Assembly: GCA_014193395.1 (NCBI GenBank)
Contig: BJHT01000005.1
Location: 1,035 to 65,034, forward strand
Origin: Verrucomicrobiota bacterium
GTDB taxonomy: Bacteria; Verrucomicrobiota; Verrucomicrobiia; Limisphaerales; BJHT01
DNA: 64,000 nucleotides
Direction: 5' to 3'
Below, piece by piece: positions 19,043 to 29,188 of the stretch (position 1 is its first letter; each line of letters starts with the position of its first letter). Under the pieces are notes generated by a model that had not been told where the DNA came from, ran no database searches, and saw only the letters and a program-made list of their open reading frames with translations. A program made the position numbers and the translations under genes.

Positions 19043-22000
19043 TCAGAACGGTTTTCCACCAATCGTCTGCCCCCTGGCCTTGAGCGTGCCGAGTGCGCCG
19101 AGGGTGAGCTGGGCTTTGCCGCCGCGGATTTGCGCCACGCCGACGGTGCCTCCGAATTCGAGGTCGTCCTGCTTGAAACTGAACGGCGTGGCGCTGAGAA
19201 AAATCCAGTCGTCGCCTTTGGGCGTCTGCACGCGCAGGACGCGGCCCTCGGCGAGCGTGGTCACGTTCATGGGCGCCTCGGTTTTCAGGCGGGGAAGCAG
19301 CAGCGCGGTCACGACGGGCGCGCCGGTCATCGGCACGATGATGCCGTTCTGCGTGTAGGGAAACGTCACTTGCGCGCCGTCGGGACGCAGGGCTGCGCCG
19401 GCACGGCGAGAGATGGCTTCCTGCTTCAATGCGGGTTTTTGCGGTAGGGCGAAGAACACATCCATGTCCACGTCTTCGAGGCCGGTGACGCCGACGCTGC
19501 GTTCGTGCAGGTCGAGTTTGGCGGACGAGGTCCAGAGCCGCCAGATGGCCGAGGGGTCGGGCTGTTTCAAGGTGTCGCACAACACGGCGTAGTTGGGGCC
19601 GAGCGGGTCGGTGTCTTTCACGAAGAGAATCTGCCGGGTCCAGGCTTCCTTCACGCCGCTCACGTAGTCGGCGTGCGGTGCGGGGGCGAATCCATCGACA
19701 GTCATCATGTCCGAGGCCGCGGAGGCGGCGGTGACCATGCTGTGATCCTCGGCGGGCGCGCGGCCGTAGTAGCCGAAATCATCGCAGAGAATGCGGCCCT
19801 TGCCCCAGAAGGTGATCGAGCCGGAATCGTAGTCGTAATGCTGACGATGCTTGCCGACGATGAAGTGGAGCGCGGTCTCGCGCGGGCCGGGGAAGCCGGT
19901 GCGCAGGATCGCGCCGGTCTGCGGGAACAGCTCGCTGCCGTAGGCCGGGACCTCCTCGGGAAGCGTGGCGTCGAGCAAGAGGGCGCGATAACCCGTGAGC
20001 GACGGATAGCTGCCGCCGATGCCCGGCTCCGGGAAGGAGCGCTGCTGGCGGAACATCCACTGCATCTGCCGCGCGAACGCCGGATCCTTCTCGCGCCACA
20101 GGCGGGCAATGATTCCGAACTCGCCGGTCGGCTCGATCATGTAGGTGTTGCCGATGGGCGGGAGATGGCGGAAGCCGCCGAAGCGCGAATCCGGCGGCGT
20201 CGAGATTTTCGCGAGCCATTCCATGACTTTCTTCATCTTCGGATGGAAGAGGTCGCCGCCGAGGCCGGCGTTGTGGGCCATGAGCGAGACGCCGAGGAGC
20301 GCGTCGTAGGAGACGAGCGCGTAGTGCGGGGCCTCGAGCCAGCCGCCGTTGTCATCGGACCACGTTTCGAGTTCCTCGTGGGCCTCGCGCTGGGCATCGG
20401 CAATCCAAGCTTTGGCCTCCGGATGCGTGGGAAGAAAACAAGCGGCGGTGGCTTTGTAGCCGTAGTGGGAGGTCGTCATGTTCGGATTCGCCGCGTAGCC
20501 GCGCGCGGGCGACCAGACATCGGCGCGGTTCAACGTGTAGCCGATAAACGCCGCCTGCGCCTTGATGCGGCGGCGCACTTCGGGGGCGATGTGCCCGCCA
20601 TCCATCACCGCGTCCGCGAGCAGCAGGCTCACGGCGGTCCCCTGTCGCATGTGGGGCGCGAAGCCCGGCGTCGCGAGGCGGACCTGGTTGAAATAAGTGT
20701 CCACCACGGCCTGCACGCGCGCGGCGGCGAGGTCGGACAGATATTTTCCCAGCGCGGCGTCGCCCGTGACGAGATAGGCCTCGATGCTCGCGCTCATCGT
20801 GTGGTCGTAGAGCGGCGTGGTGGTGAGCTGCTGTTTTTTGATCTTCTGGCGCAGGGCCTCGGCGTCGGCGTTTTTGCGCAGGGCGGCGACATCGGCGGCG
20901 TTGAGAATCAGGCGCGGATGTTGGCCCGGCTCGTTGGTGACTTCGAACTGATAGTCCTTCATGAGATCGAGCGGGAAGTCGCCGTGCTTGATGAGCAAGT
21001 GCTGCGGCAACGGCGCCGAGTGGCGCTCGATCGTCTGCGGTGACTTGGTGACATCGGCGAGGCTGCGGTCGCGGTCGGGCGTGCCGAGCATCCAGAGCCG
21101 GCGGCCCCAGAGCAGCGGGAAGTCCGCGCCGAACCCGCCGCCCGCCGTGGTGAAATGCAGCATCGCGGGCGACTGCGGCAGCTTTGCTTCGAGGCGACTC
21201 ACATCGAGCCAGCTTCCGGCGCGGATGGCGCCGACCATGAGCAGGTCGGCGGTGGTTTCGCTGTAAAGGGAGAACCAGTTGCCCTGCCGCGCCCGATGAT
21301 TCCAATGCAGCCACGGCTCGAGCACAAAGGCAGGTTGTCCGTCCGCGGCGGGACCGAGCGGCCACGTTTCCTGCTGGCCGAAATTCGAGCCGGCGATGGC
21401 TTTCTGATTGCGATACAACATCCGCGTCGGCTGCCAACCCGGCGCGAGCGAGAGGTGCCAGACGGCGGCGGCGGGGACGTCGCACGTCTCGTCCACCAAC
21501 ACGACGGGTTCCCCGCGGACGATGCGAAACCGCAGCCGCCACGAGCCATTCTCACCGAAGCGATAGGTCGCGGTGGCCTCGAGAAACACCGGCCCCTGCG
21601 CGGTGATCTGCGCTTCGTGTGCCGTCGGGCGCGGGCCGGTTTTCATTTCGCCGCCGCCTGCCCACGCGCCCGAGCTGAGGCGCACGCCGGCGAACGGCCC
21701 GTCGCTCAGGGCCTGCGCGCCGCGATGAAGACGCAGGGCGATCTGGGGATTTCCGAGTTCGACGAGAGTTGCGGATTCGGTGACGCGCAGCTCGTTGTTC
21801 GGCGCGGGCGCGGGCGCGGCCGCGGCGCGCGTCACGAGGGAATAAGTGGCCTTGGTGAACTCCGGGACGTTGGCGAGGAAGGCCACGCTCGGCTTGGCGA
21901 TCGGCGATTGTTCGGCGGTGGCCCACTGGTGCGGCGCGGGCTGGCCGTCGGGGCCGAGCAGAGCGAGATCCTTGCGGCCCCAGACGGCGGCGTCCACGGG

Positions 22001-22144
22001 GTAGAAGACGAGTTCGTTGGTCCACGCGCGCTTGAGATGGTCCTCGAAGGAAAAGGTCGCGACCGCCTGCTGCGCGCGGGCAGCGCCCGGCAGCGTGAGG
22101 ATGAGGGCGAGCAGGGCGGCGTGGAGCGGGACGAGGATTCTCAT
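19043..22144 (-). CDS. Secreted heparinase II/III-like polysaccharide-lyase-fold protein, paralog A
   Basis: GGWLEAPHY; HYDYDSGSITFWGKGRILCDDFGY; signal peptide. Confidence 0.6.
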   Translation of the reverse strand: MRILVPLHAALLALILTLPGAARAQQAVATFSFEDHLKRAWTNELVFYPVDAAVWGRKDLALLGPDGQPAPHQWATAEQSPIAKPSVAFLANVPEFTKATYSLVTRAAAAPAPAPNNELRVTESATLVELGNPQIALRLHRGAQALSDGPFAGVRLSSGAWAGGGEMKTGPRPTAHEAQITAQGPVFLEATATYRFGENGSWRLRFRIVRGEPVVLVDETCDVPAAAVWHLSLAPGWQPTRMLYRNQKAIAGSNFGQQETWPLGPAADGQPAFVLEPWLHWNHRARQGNWFSLYSETTADLLMVGAIRAGSWLDVSRLEAKLPQSPAMLHFTTAGGGFGADFPLLWGRRLWMLGTPDRDRSLADVTKSPQTIERHSAPLPQHLLIKHGDFPLDLMKDYQFEVTNEPGQHPRLILNAADVAALRKNADAEALRQKIKKQQLTTTPLYDHTMSASIEAYLVTGDAALGKYLSDLAAARVQAVVDTYFNQVRLATPGFAPHMRQGTAVSLLLADAVMDGGHIAPEVRRRIKAQAAFIGYTLNRADVWSPARGYAANPNMTTSHYGYKATAACFLPTHPEAKAWIADAQREAHEELETWSDDNGGWLEAPHYALVSYDALLGVSLMAHNAGLGGDLFHPKMKKVMEWLAKISTPPDSRFGGFRHLPPIGNTYMIEPTGEFGIIARLWREKDPAFARQMQWMFRQQRSFPEPGIGGSYPSLTGYRALLLDATLPEEVPAYGSELFPQTGAILRTGFPGPRETALHFIVGKHRQHYDYDSGSITFWGKGRILCDDFGYYGRAPAEDHSMVTAASAASDMMTVDGFAPAPHADYVSGVKEAWTRQILFVKDTDPLGPNYAVLCDTLKQPDPSAIWRLWTSSAKLDLHERSVGVTGLEDVDMDVFFALPQKPALKQEAISRRAGAALRPDGAQVTFPYTQNGIIVPMTGAPVVTALLLPRLKTEAPMNVTTLAEGRVLRVQTPKGDDWIFLSATPFSFKQDDLEFGGTVGVAQIRGGKAQLTLGALGTLKARGQTIGGKPF

Positions 22145-22271
22145 ATTGCTGGGGCGTTCGGCTTGGGACGACAGACGAGCTTGCGCCGGTCGTCGTCGAG
22201 TTTGGTGATTGCGCTGCCGATAGTTTCAGTTGCCGGCCGATTTCTGGGGCGCGCCGGGAACGATTGAGCGG

Positions 22272-25200
22272 TCATTCCTTCGTGGCGGGATTGCCCGCGG
22301 TGAGTTCCTGGCCGCCCGCGCGGATTTTGCCGGCCGCGCCCAGGGTCAGCGTCGTCTTGCCGCCGCGGATGCGGACCGCGCCCGCGGTGCCCTGGAAGGA
22401 AATATTGCCGTCGGGGGTCGCGAAGGTTTCGGGCACCGGGGGCAACAGGGCCTTCGGGTCGAACTTTTGGGCATCGCCCGAGCAGACCCACCAGATCGCC
22501 TGCTCCCAGCCACGGGCCAACTGGTTGCCCAACGGTTCTCCGCGCAGGAGCGACTCGCGCACGTTCCACTGTTTGCCGGTGCCGTCCCGCACGGTCAGCT
22601 CGGTGAGCGTGGTGTCCCACCAGTTGGCGTTTTCGCCTTCGCCCGGAAGCACGACGAGACGAAGCAGGTCGCCCCGGGCCACGGCGGCGTTTTCGGCGCG
22701 CAGCACGAGATTCGTGCCGCCGTTGGCGAGCGCGCCCCGGGCCAGCACGGTCGAGCCGTGCCGCAGTTCGGCGAGAATGCCGTTGCCGCCGCCGTTGTTG
22801 CCGTCGTGCAGGCGGGCTTCCACGCTGACAGTTCCGGCCACGGGGCTTTGCCAGATGACGGTCACGGGATTTGTTGGCCCGGGATGCACGGCGATGGAAC
22901 CGGCGGGAATGGTGAGGGTGCGATCAACCATCGCGTTGGCGGTGGGGTTTACCGTGAGGGTCAGTTGCGGGTCGCCGGACATGGACAGGACGGTGATGCC
23001 GTCCTTGGTCGCGAGATCGCGCAACGGCTCGAGCGTTTTGCCGTCACCGACGGGCTTGGGCGGCGCGTCGGGCGCGACGAGGACGTAGTCGGTGCCGACA
23101 GCAGATTTCACCGCCGCGATGCGACCCTCGGCGAACCAAGACACGGCGGGCGGCGGCTCGGTTTTGAGCCGGGGATAAAGCAGCGCCACCACGGCACCGC
23201 GGCCCTTCAGCGTGGCGATCAGGGCGGTCTGCGAATTCGAGACCGGCTCGATGCTGCCGAGCCAGTTGCCGGTGCTGACGCGCAAAGTGGCTGGCTCCAG
23301 TTGCAGGCCGAGCGCGGCGGCGTTGGGGAAGAAGATGTCCATGTCCACGTCGTCCATGCCCGAGAGCGTGGTGCCGGTGGCGTTGAGCGTCACCGCGCCC
23401 GGCGTGGGCCACTTTTTCTTGTCGCCATCGCCCGCGATGCCGGTCGTGAGCCACAAGCGCCAGGTCGCGGCGGTGTCCGCCGCATGGGAGTCGCGCACGA
23501 GGAAGAAGGCCGGGCCGTTGGGATCGGCGTCCTTCACGAAACCGATCTGCCGCCGCCACGCATCCTTTTTCCCGCTGACGTAATCGAAGGCCGCGGCGGG
23601 CGCGAAGGCGTCGAGGTGCATGAGGCCGCCACCACCCGCGGCGCCCGAGGTAAGCATGCTGTGCCATTTGTCGGGATGGCGGCCGAGGTAGCCCCAGTCA
23701 TCAGCGAGCACGCGGCCCTTGCCGTAAATCATGATGCTGCCCGAATCGTGGTCGTAATGCTCATGATGCCGGCCGGCGATGAGGTGGAGATAAGTCTCGC
23801 GCGCGGAACCCATGCCGGCGCGCAGCACCGCGCCGTTCTGGGCGAAGGCCGTGCTGCCATAGGGCGCGGATTTGGGCGGCACGCCGTGGCGGGTGAGCAG
23901 GAAGCGGTAGCCGGACATGGTGGGAAAATCCCAGCCGGTGCCGAGATTGCCGAACGATCCGCCCTCCTCGTGCAATGCCTGCATGCGCGCGGCGAAGGCC
24001 GGGTCGCGATCCTTCCAGAGGCCCGCGACCACGCCGAACACGCCGGTCGGCTCGCCGTGATAGGTGTTGCCAATCGGCGGCTGATGCCGGAAGCCGCCGG
24101 TGCGCGAATCGCGCGGCGTGCTGATCGAGGCGAACCATTCGATCACCTTGCGCATGCGGTCGGCATGCACGTCGTCGCCGAAGCCGGCGTTGGCGGCCAT
24201 CAGAAACGAGCCGAGCATGAAATCGAACGAGGTCATCGCGTAATGCGGAGCCTCGAGCCAGCCGCCGTCTTCGGCCGACCATTCCCGCAGTTGCCGCCGG
24301 AGTTCGGTCAGGCCGCGTTCGCTCCATTCCTTCGCGCGCGGATGGGACGGGATCATGCAGCCGATCGCCGCCTGAAAGTTGGCCACCGTGGTGGTCATGT
24401 TGGGATTGGCGGAGAAGCCGCGGGCGGGCGACCAGAAGTCGTGGCTGTTGACCACGTATCCGAGGAAGGCGATCTGCGCGAGCAGGCGCCGGCGTTCCGC
24501 GGGTGACACGACGTCGGTGCCGAGAACGGCGTCGAGCAAGTTGAGCGTCGAGATGATCAACGTCTGTGTGTGCGGCGCGGCACCGATCATCACCTGCGAA
24601 TCCTGCGCGACATAACGGTCCACGCAGAACTGGAGGAACTCCGCGCCCTTGGCGGCCATGAGCTTGCCGAGCTGCGCATTGCCCGAGGCGATGAACTCCT
24701 GGATGGGCTCGTCGAGGTAATACTTGTTGATCGGCTGCTCGACCGTCCATTTCCGCAGCATGACGGGATTGGGGGTAAGCCGGGCCTTGAGCGCGGGCAG
24801 GTCCTGTTTGCGGAGATAGAGCCGCGGGTGGTTGTCGTGGTCCCCAGTCCAGTCGAGCACCATGTCCTTGACCTCATCGAGCGGGAAGATGCCGTGCTTG
24901 ATGAGCAACTGCTGTGCGGGCGGCGCAACGCGGCGATCCTTCAACAGCAGCGCGGCCGCGCTGGCCTGCTTGTCGATCGCGCCGAGCAACCAGTGCCGTG
25001 CGCCGCCGAGGACCGGCAGGTGCAGCGTGGTCACGCCCGCCTTGGTCGTGGCCGACACGCTGCCACCGGCCTGCCTCGCCTTGCCGCGCCACTCGTGGCC
25101 GGGCGTCACCCAGAGGCTCGGGCGCAGGACCCCGACCACGAGCATGTCCGACAAGGGATCGCGCGGCTGGGCGGGCACGCGGGACGCGGGTTTCGCCGGG

Positions 25201-26138
25201 GCGCTGTCGAGTTTGAGCTCGGCGAGCGGGTCGGTTTTGCGCCCATCGGCGGGACCGCCGGCGGGCGGCGTCAGCGGGCTGGGGGTGAAGAGGCCGAACC
25301 AGTTGCCCTGCCGCTCGGCGCTCCACCAGTGCAGCCAGGGCTCGAGCGTGTAGGCATGACCGGCGGCCGGCAGATTGGCGACGCTGACCATCCCGATGTT
25401 CGGATACATGCCGGCGCGGTAAAGGAGTTGCGTCGGGCGAAACGTCTCGCCGCCCAGCGTCACGCCAAACGTGCCGCCGCCCGGGGCATCAAAATCTTCG
25501 GCCACCAGAATCACCGGCTCGCCGCCTTTCATGCGGAAGCGCAGCGACCAGCGGCCGTCGTCGGCGAAAACAATCCGGCACACGAGGTCCGCGAACAGCG
25601 GCCCGCGCGCGGCAATTTCCGCCGAATAGCTCTTGATGGCGGGGGCCTCGGTGAGCGTGGAATCGCCGGTCCACGTGCCCGAGCCGAGGCGGATGCCCGC
25701 GAGGGGGCCTTCGCCGGCCTTGAGAGATTTGCGCAGGCGCAGTCCGAGGTGGGCGTTGACCAGCTCGAGAGTGTGCGGCGTTTCCGAAATGCGCGGTTCA
25801 TCGAGCGGTGCGGGCGGCGTGCCGGTCACGAGGGAATAACGGGCCGTCCCGAATTCCGGGACGCTGGCGTAAAATGCGACGCTGGCTTTTCCGTTCGGCG
25901 CTTGTTCGGCGGTGGCCCATTGGACCGGAGCGGTCCGGCCATCAGGGCCTTGCAGCGCGAGGTCCTTGCGACCCCAGACGGCGGCGTCCACGGGGAAGAA
26001 AACGAGTTCGTTGGTCCAGGAGTGCTTGAGGTGATCGGCGAAAGAAAATGTCGCGACGGCATTCTGCGCGCGGGCGGGGCTGGCCAGCGCGAGAAGGAGG
26101 CAGACCAGAAAGGCGAGGGAATGCGGATGGATTTTCAT
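22272..26138 (-). CDS. Secreted heparinase II/III-like protein, paralog B, with extra beta-sandwich insert
   Basis: Same motifs as paralog A (GGWLEAPHY, HYDHDSGSI..GKGRVLADDWGY); near-identical N-terminus. Confidence 0.6.
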   Translation of the reverse strand: MKIHPHSLAFLVCLLLALASPARAQNAVATFSFADHLKHSWTNELVFFPVDAAVWGRKDLALQGPDGRTAPVQWATAEQAPNGKASVAFYASVPEFGTARYSLVTGTPPAPLDEPRISETPHTLELVNAHLGLRLRKSLKAGEGPLAGIRLGSGTWTGDSTLTEAPAIKSYSAEIAARGPLFADLVCRIVFADDGRWSLRFRMKGGEPVILVAEDFDAPGGGTFGVTLGGETFRPTQLLYRAGMYPNIGMVSVANLPAAGHAYTLEPWLHWWSAERQGNWFGLFTPSPLTPPAGGPADGRKTDPLAELKLDSAPAKPASRVPAQPRDPLSDMLVVGVLRPSLWVTPGHEWRGKARQAGGSVSATTKAGVTTLHLPVLGGARHWLLGAIDKQASAAALLLKDRRVAPPAQQLLIKHGIFPLDEVKDMVLDWTGDHDNHPRLYLRKQDLPALKARLTPNPVMLRKWTVEQPINKYYLDEPIQEFIASGNAQLGKLMAAKGAEFLQFCVDRYVAQDSQVMIGAAPHTQTLIISTLNLLDAVLGTDVVSPAERRRLLAQIAFLGYVVNSHDFWSPARGFSANPNMTTTVANFQAAIGCMIPSHPRAKEWSERGLTELRRQLREWSAEDGGWLEAPHYAMTSFDFMLGSFLMAANAGFGDDVHADRMRKVIEWFASISTPRDSRTGGFRHQPPIGNTYHGEPTGVFGVVAGLWKDRDPAFAARMQALHEEGGSFGNLGTGWDFPTMSGYRFLLTRHGVPPKSAPYGSTAFAQNGAVLRAGMGSARETYLHLIAGRHHEHYDHDSGSIMIYGKGRVLADDWGYLGRHPDKWHSMLTSGAAGGGGLMHLDAFAPAAAFDYVSGKKDAWRRQIGFVKDADPNGPAFFLVRDSHAADTAATWRLWLTTGIAGDGDKKKWPTPGAVTLNATGTTLSGMDDVDMDIFFPNAAALGLQLEPATLRVSTGNWLGSIEPVSNSQTALIATLKGRGAVVALLYPRLKTEPPPAVSWFAEGRIAAVKSAVGTDYVLVAPDAPPKPVGDGKTLEPLRDLATKDGITVLSMSGDPQLTLTVNPTANAMVDRTLTIPAGSIAVHPGPTNPVTVIWQSPVAGTVSVEARLHDGNNGGGNGILAELRHGSTVLARGALANGGTNLVLRAENAAVARGDLLRLVVLPGEGENANWWDTTLTELTVRDGTGKQWNVRESLLRGEPLGNQLARGWEQAIWWVCSGDAQKFDPKALLPPVPETFATPDGNISFQGTAGAVRIRGGKTTLTLGAAGKIRAGGQELTAGNPATKE

Positions 26139-26166
26139 GTTGGGCTAAGAGGTCGGGAGCGGGAAG

Positions 26167-27186
26167 TCAGGGCTTCAACCACTCGTCGCGATGTTGCGCG
26201 ACAAAGGCGTCGTCGTGGAGATGCGGATAGGCGCGATAGACGCGGTCGATCTCGGCGAGCTGGCCGGGGCTGAGGGTTTCGTGTTCGTCGAGGCACCAGA
26301 GGCCTTCGAGCAGGCCCTGGCGGCGCAGCACTTCATGCAGGCCGGCGATGCAACCGCGGAAACCATTCGCGGCATCGAAGAAGGCGGCGTTGCTGTCGGT
26401 GACTTCGACGCCGAGGCGGAGGAGGTCGGGTGTGGCGTCGGCGCGGCGGCAGCGGTCGAGGAGTTCGACGGCGCGGCGGGTCCAGACGGACCAGTGACCG
26501 AGCAGCCCGCCGACGATGCGGCGCTCCTGGCCGGCGACGCGGTAGGGCGTGAGAAAATCGGCGACAATGTTGTCGTCGTTGCCCGTGTAGAGCGCGAGGT
26601 CGTCGCGGCCGGCTTCGATCACGGCGCGGACGACGTCGAGCGTTTGGTAGCGGTTGAACGGGGCGATCTTGATGGCGACGACGTTTTCAATTTCCGCAAA
26701 GCGTCGCCAGAACGCGTAGGGCAGCACGCGTCCGCCGACGCTGGGCTGGAGGTAAAAACCAACGACCGGGATGATTTCCGCGACGGCACGGCAGTGGGCG
26801 ACGAGGGCGTCTTCATCTGCGTCGCGCAACGCGCCGAGGCTGAGGAGCGCGGCGTGGTAGCCGAGTTCGCGCACGAGTTGCGCTTCGGCCACGGCTTGCG
26901 CAGTGCGGCCGCAGACGCCGGCGATGCGGACGAGCGGCTGGCGGGCGCGGGACATTTCCTCGGCGGCCAGCGCGAGAACGGGATGGAAGAGGCCGACCTT
27001 GGGATCGCGGATGGCGAATTGCGTGGTGTGAACGCCGACCGCGAGGCCGCCCACGCCCGCGGCGAGATAGTAGCGCGTGAGCGCGCGCTGGCGGCGCTCG
27101 TCGAGACGACGCGCGGCGGTGAGCGCGAGGGGATGGGCGGGGATGACGAGGCCGTGCTGGAGGCGGGAGCGCAGGTCGGGGGTCAT
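26167..27186 (-). CDS. Dihydrodipicolinate synthase/N-acetylneuraminate-lyase family aldolase
   Basis: VIPAHPLAL, GVHTTQF, FYLQP, Schiff-base AIKIAP, YTGNDD. Confidence 0.85.
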   Translation of the reverse strand: MTPDLRSRLQHGLVIPAHPLALTAARRLDERRQRALTRYYLAAGVGGLAVGVHTTQFAIRDPKVGLFHPVLALAAEEMSRARQPLVRIAGVCGRTAQAVAEAQLVRELGYHAALLSLGALRDADEDALVAHCRAVAEIIPVVGFYLQPSVGGRVLPYAFWRRFAEIENVVAIKIAPFNRYQTLDVVRAVIEAGRDDLALYTGNDDNIVADFLTPYRVAGQERRIVGGLLGHWSVWTRRAVELLDRCRRADATPDLLRLGVEVTDSNAAFFDAANGFRGCIAGLHEVLRRQGLLEGLWCLDEHETLSPGQLAEIDRVYRAYPHLHDDAFVAQHRDEWLKP

Positions 27187-27656
27187 AGTTTCATCGCGTA
27201 GTGAATCTGCCGGCCGGCCTCGACGAAGCCGCAGGACGGGTAAAGATGTTGGCCCACCGGATTGTTGACCATGGTCTCGATCATCGCGAAGGCCATGCCT
27301 TCGCGGCGGAAGTACTCGAGGGCGTGTTCGATGAGCTGGCGGCCGACGCCTTGACCGCGTGCGGCCTTGTCCACGGCGAGGTTGGGGATGCGCCCCTTGC
27401 GGCCCTCGCGGTCGAGGCGCGTGGAGATGTAACCGAGCACTTTCCCATCTTCCTCGGCGACCGCGACGAAAACGCCGGTGGGATTGGCTTCGCAGTCTTC
27501 GTCCACATGGCGCGCCTTGCGCCAGCGCCAGTCGTGGCCGCCGACGATGCCGAGCTGCCGCTCGACGTTTTGATCAATGGCAATGCCCTCGAAACCTTCG
27601 ACGGTGATGCGGCGGAGTTCGGGGAGGTCAGCGGGTTGATAGAGTCGGATTTGCAT
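27183..27656 (-). CDS. GNAT family N-acetyltransferase
   Basis: LAVDKAARGQGVGRQL acetyl-CoA motif; LYPSCGF. Confidence 0.9.
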   Translation of the reverse strand: MQIRLYQPADLPELRRITVEGFEGIAIDQNVERQLGIVGGHDWRWRKARHVDEDCEANPTGVFVAVAEEDGKVLGYISTRLDREGRKGRIPNLAVDKAARGQGVGRQLIEHALEYFRREGMAFAMIETMVNNPVGQHLYPSCGFVEAGRQIHYAMKL

Positions 27657-27706
27657 GGTCAGGGCGAAGGCTGGCGAAGTTGGATGGGATCAGATGGGAG
27701 AAATTG

Positions 27707-28078
27707 AACCACGGATAAACACGGATGAAACCGGCACGGCGATGTCCGTCGCCGAACGCGCGGTGTTTGGAGTGCGGGGACTTGTCACCGCTTTGTCGAG
27801 GCGACTTGTCGCCGTCGAACAGCGGGAGGCGCGGATTTGGAATGGGGCGTTCACGGCTCGCGCCAGCGGTGGCGCGCCGGCAAGAAGGGAGCCGGTCGGC
27901 AAGTTTGACGGCGACAAGTCGCCTGCGCAAAAGCGGTGACAAGTCACCGCACTCCAAAACGACCGGGCAGGCGCGCTGTGCGACATAGTCGTCGGCGACC
28001 CGGCTTGTGTTGCGGAACGGAAGGTCGGCGTCGCGCACCCTCTTTCCCATCCGTGTGCATCCGTGCACATCCGTGGTT
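27707..28078. repeat. Nested element: CACGGAT 10-bp-period inverted arms enclosing a GGAG REP doublet (27766-27958)
   Basis: aaccacggataaacacggatg / atccgtgtgcatccgtgcacatccgtggtt; inner tttggagtgcggggacttgtcaccgcttt / aaagcggtgacaagtcaccgcactccaaa. Confidence 0.9.
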
Positions 28079-28117
28079 TTCCAATTCCCATTCCCATTTT
28101 CATTTCGGAGTTCGCGA

Positions 28118-29146
28118 TCAGAAGCGGCCGTCGGTGGTTTCAAAATGCGTGGGCTTGCCAAGGGTCGCGCCGCCTTGGCGGACCCATTGGGCGGTGGCGT
28201 CGATCATTTCTTCGAGCGAGACAATGGGCGGGCCGAAGAGCGCGTAAGAGCGCGTCGCATCCCAGCTCCACACGGTCGCGCCTTCGTGCTCGGCGATGAT
28301 CGGCGCGCGCCCGAACAGATCGCCGAAGCGCTGCGCGAGCCAGCGGATGGACACGCGCTGGAGGCCGGTGACGTTCAACGCGAGCGGCGGCGTGGCGGCG
28401 TGCGCGAGGCACTGGATGGCGCGGGCGTTCGCATCGCCCTGCCAGATGACATTGGCCGCACCCATCGTGACATCGACGGGCTGGCCGCGGGCGACCTTGT
28501 TCGCCACGTCGCAGAGCACGCCGTAGCGGAGATCAATCGCGTAGCAGAGGCGGAAGAGGAGCGTGGGCGTGCCGTTCTGTTTGGCGAAATGGGTGAAGAC
28601 ACGCTCGCGGCCGACACACGAGTTGGCGTATTCGCCGGGCGGACCGAGCGCGTCATTTTCATGCGAGCCGGGGCCATCCGCGCGGACGAGGGGATAAACG
28701 CAGCCGGTGGAAAACACGACGATGCGCGAGCGGGCGAAGCGCTCGGCCACGATGGCGGGGACGAGCGTGTTCATCACCCACGTCAGTTCGGGCGCCTCGC
28801 TGGTGCCGAATTTTTGACCGGCCATGAAAATGACATTGGGCGCGTCGGGGAGCGCCTGGACGGCGGCGCGATCGAGCAGGTCGCACGCGATGGTTTGCAC
28901 GCCGTGGCGCTGGAGTTCCGCGGCGGCGGCGGCTGATGAAAAGCGCGAGACGGCGAAGACGCGCCGGTCGCGGCGGCCGATTTCATCAAGGCCGCGGCGC
29001 ACCATGCGGGCGAGCGTCGGACCCATCTTGCCGCCCGCGCCGAGAACCAGCACATCGCCGTCGAGCGCGCGGAGCGTGGCGAGCACGCCGGGCGTGGGGA
29101 GGCTGAGCTGGTCGTCGAGATCGGCGAGGGTCAGGAGCGGTTTCAT
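28118..29146 (-). CDS. NAD-dependent epimerase/dehydratase family protein
   Basis: GAGGKMG Rossmann motif; FSTGCVY; YANSC. Confidence 0.85.
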   Translation of the reverse strand: MKPLLTLADLDDQLSLPTPGVLATLRALDGDVLVLGAGGKMGPTLARMVRRGLDEIGRRDRRVFAVSRFSSAAAAAELQRHGVQTIACDLLDRAAVQALPDAPNVIFMAGQKFGTSEAPELTWVMNTLVPAIVAERFARSRIVVFSTGCVYPLVRADGPGSHENDALGPPGEYANSCVGRERVFTHFAKQNGTPTLLFRLCYAIDLRYGVLCDVANKVARGQPVDVTMGAANVIWQGDANARAIQCLAHAATPPLALNVTGLQRVSIRWLAQRFGDLFGRAPIIAEHEGATVWSWDATRSYALFGPPIVSLEEMIDATAQWVRQGGATLGKPTHFETTDGRF

Positions 29147-29188
29147 GCAGTGGCAGTCGTGTCGGTGATGGCGGTGATGGCGACGAGA

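Noticed and set aside
19029-19580. Upstream extension of the GH42-like ORF to 19580
   Set aside because: Overlaps paralog A by more than 500 bp in another frame and reads as low-complexity Arg-rich sequence.
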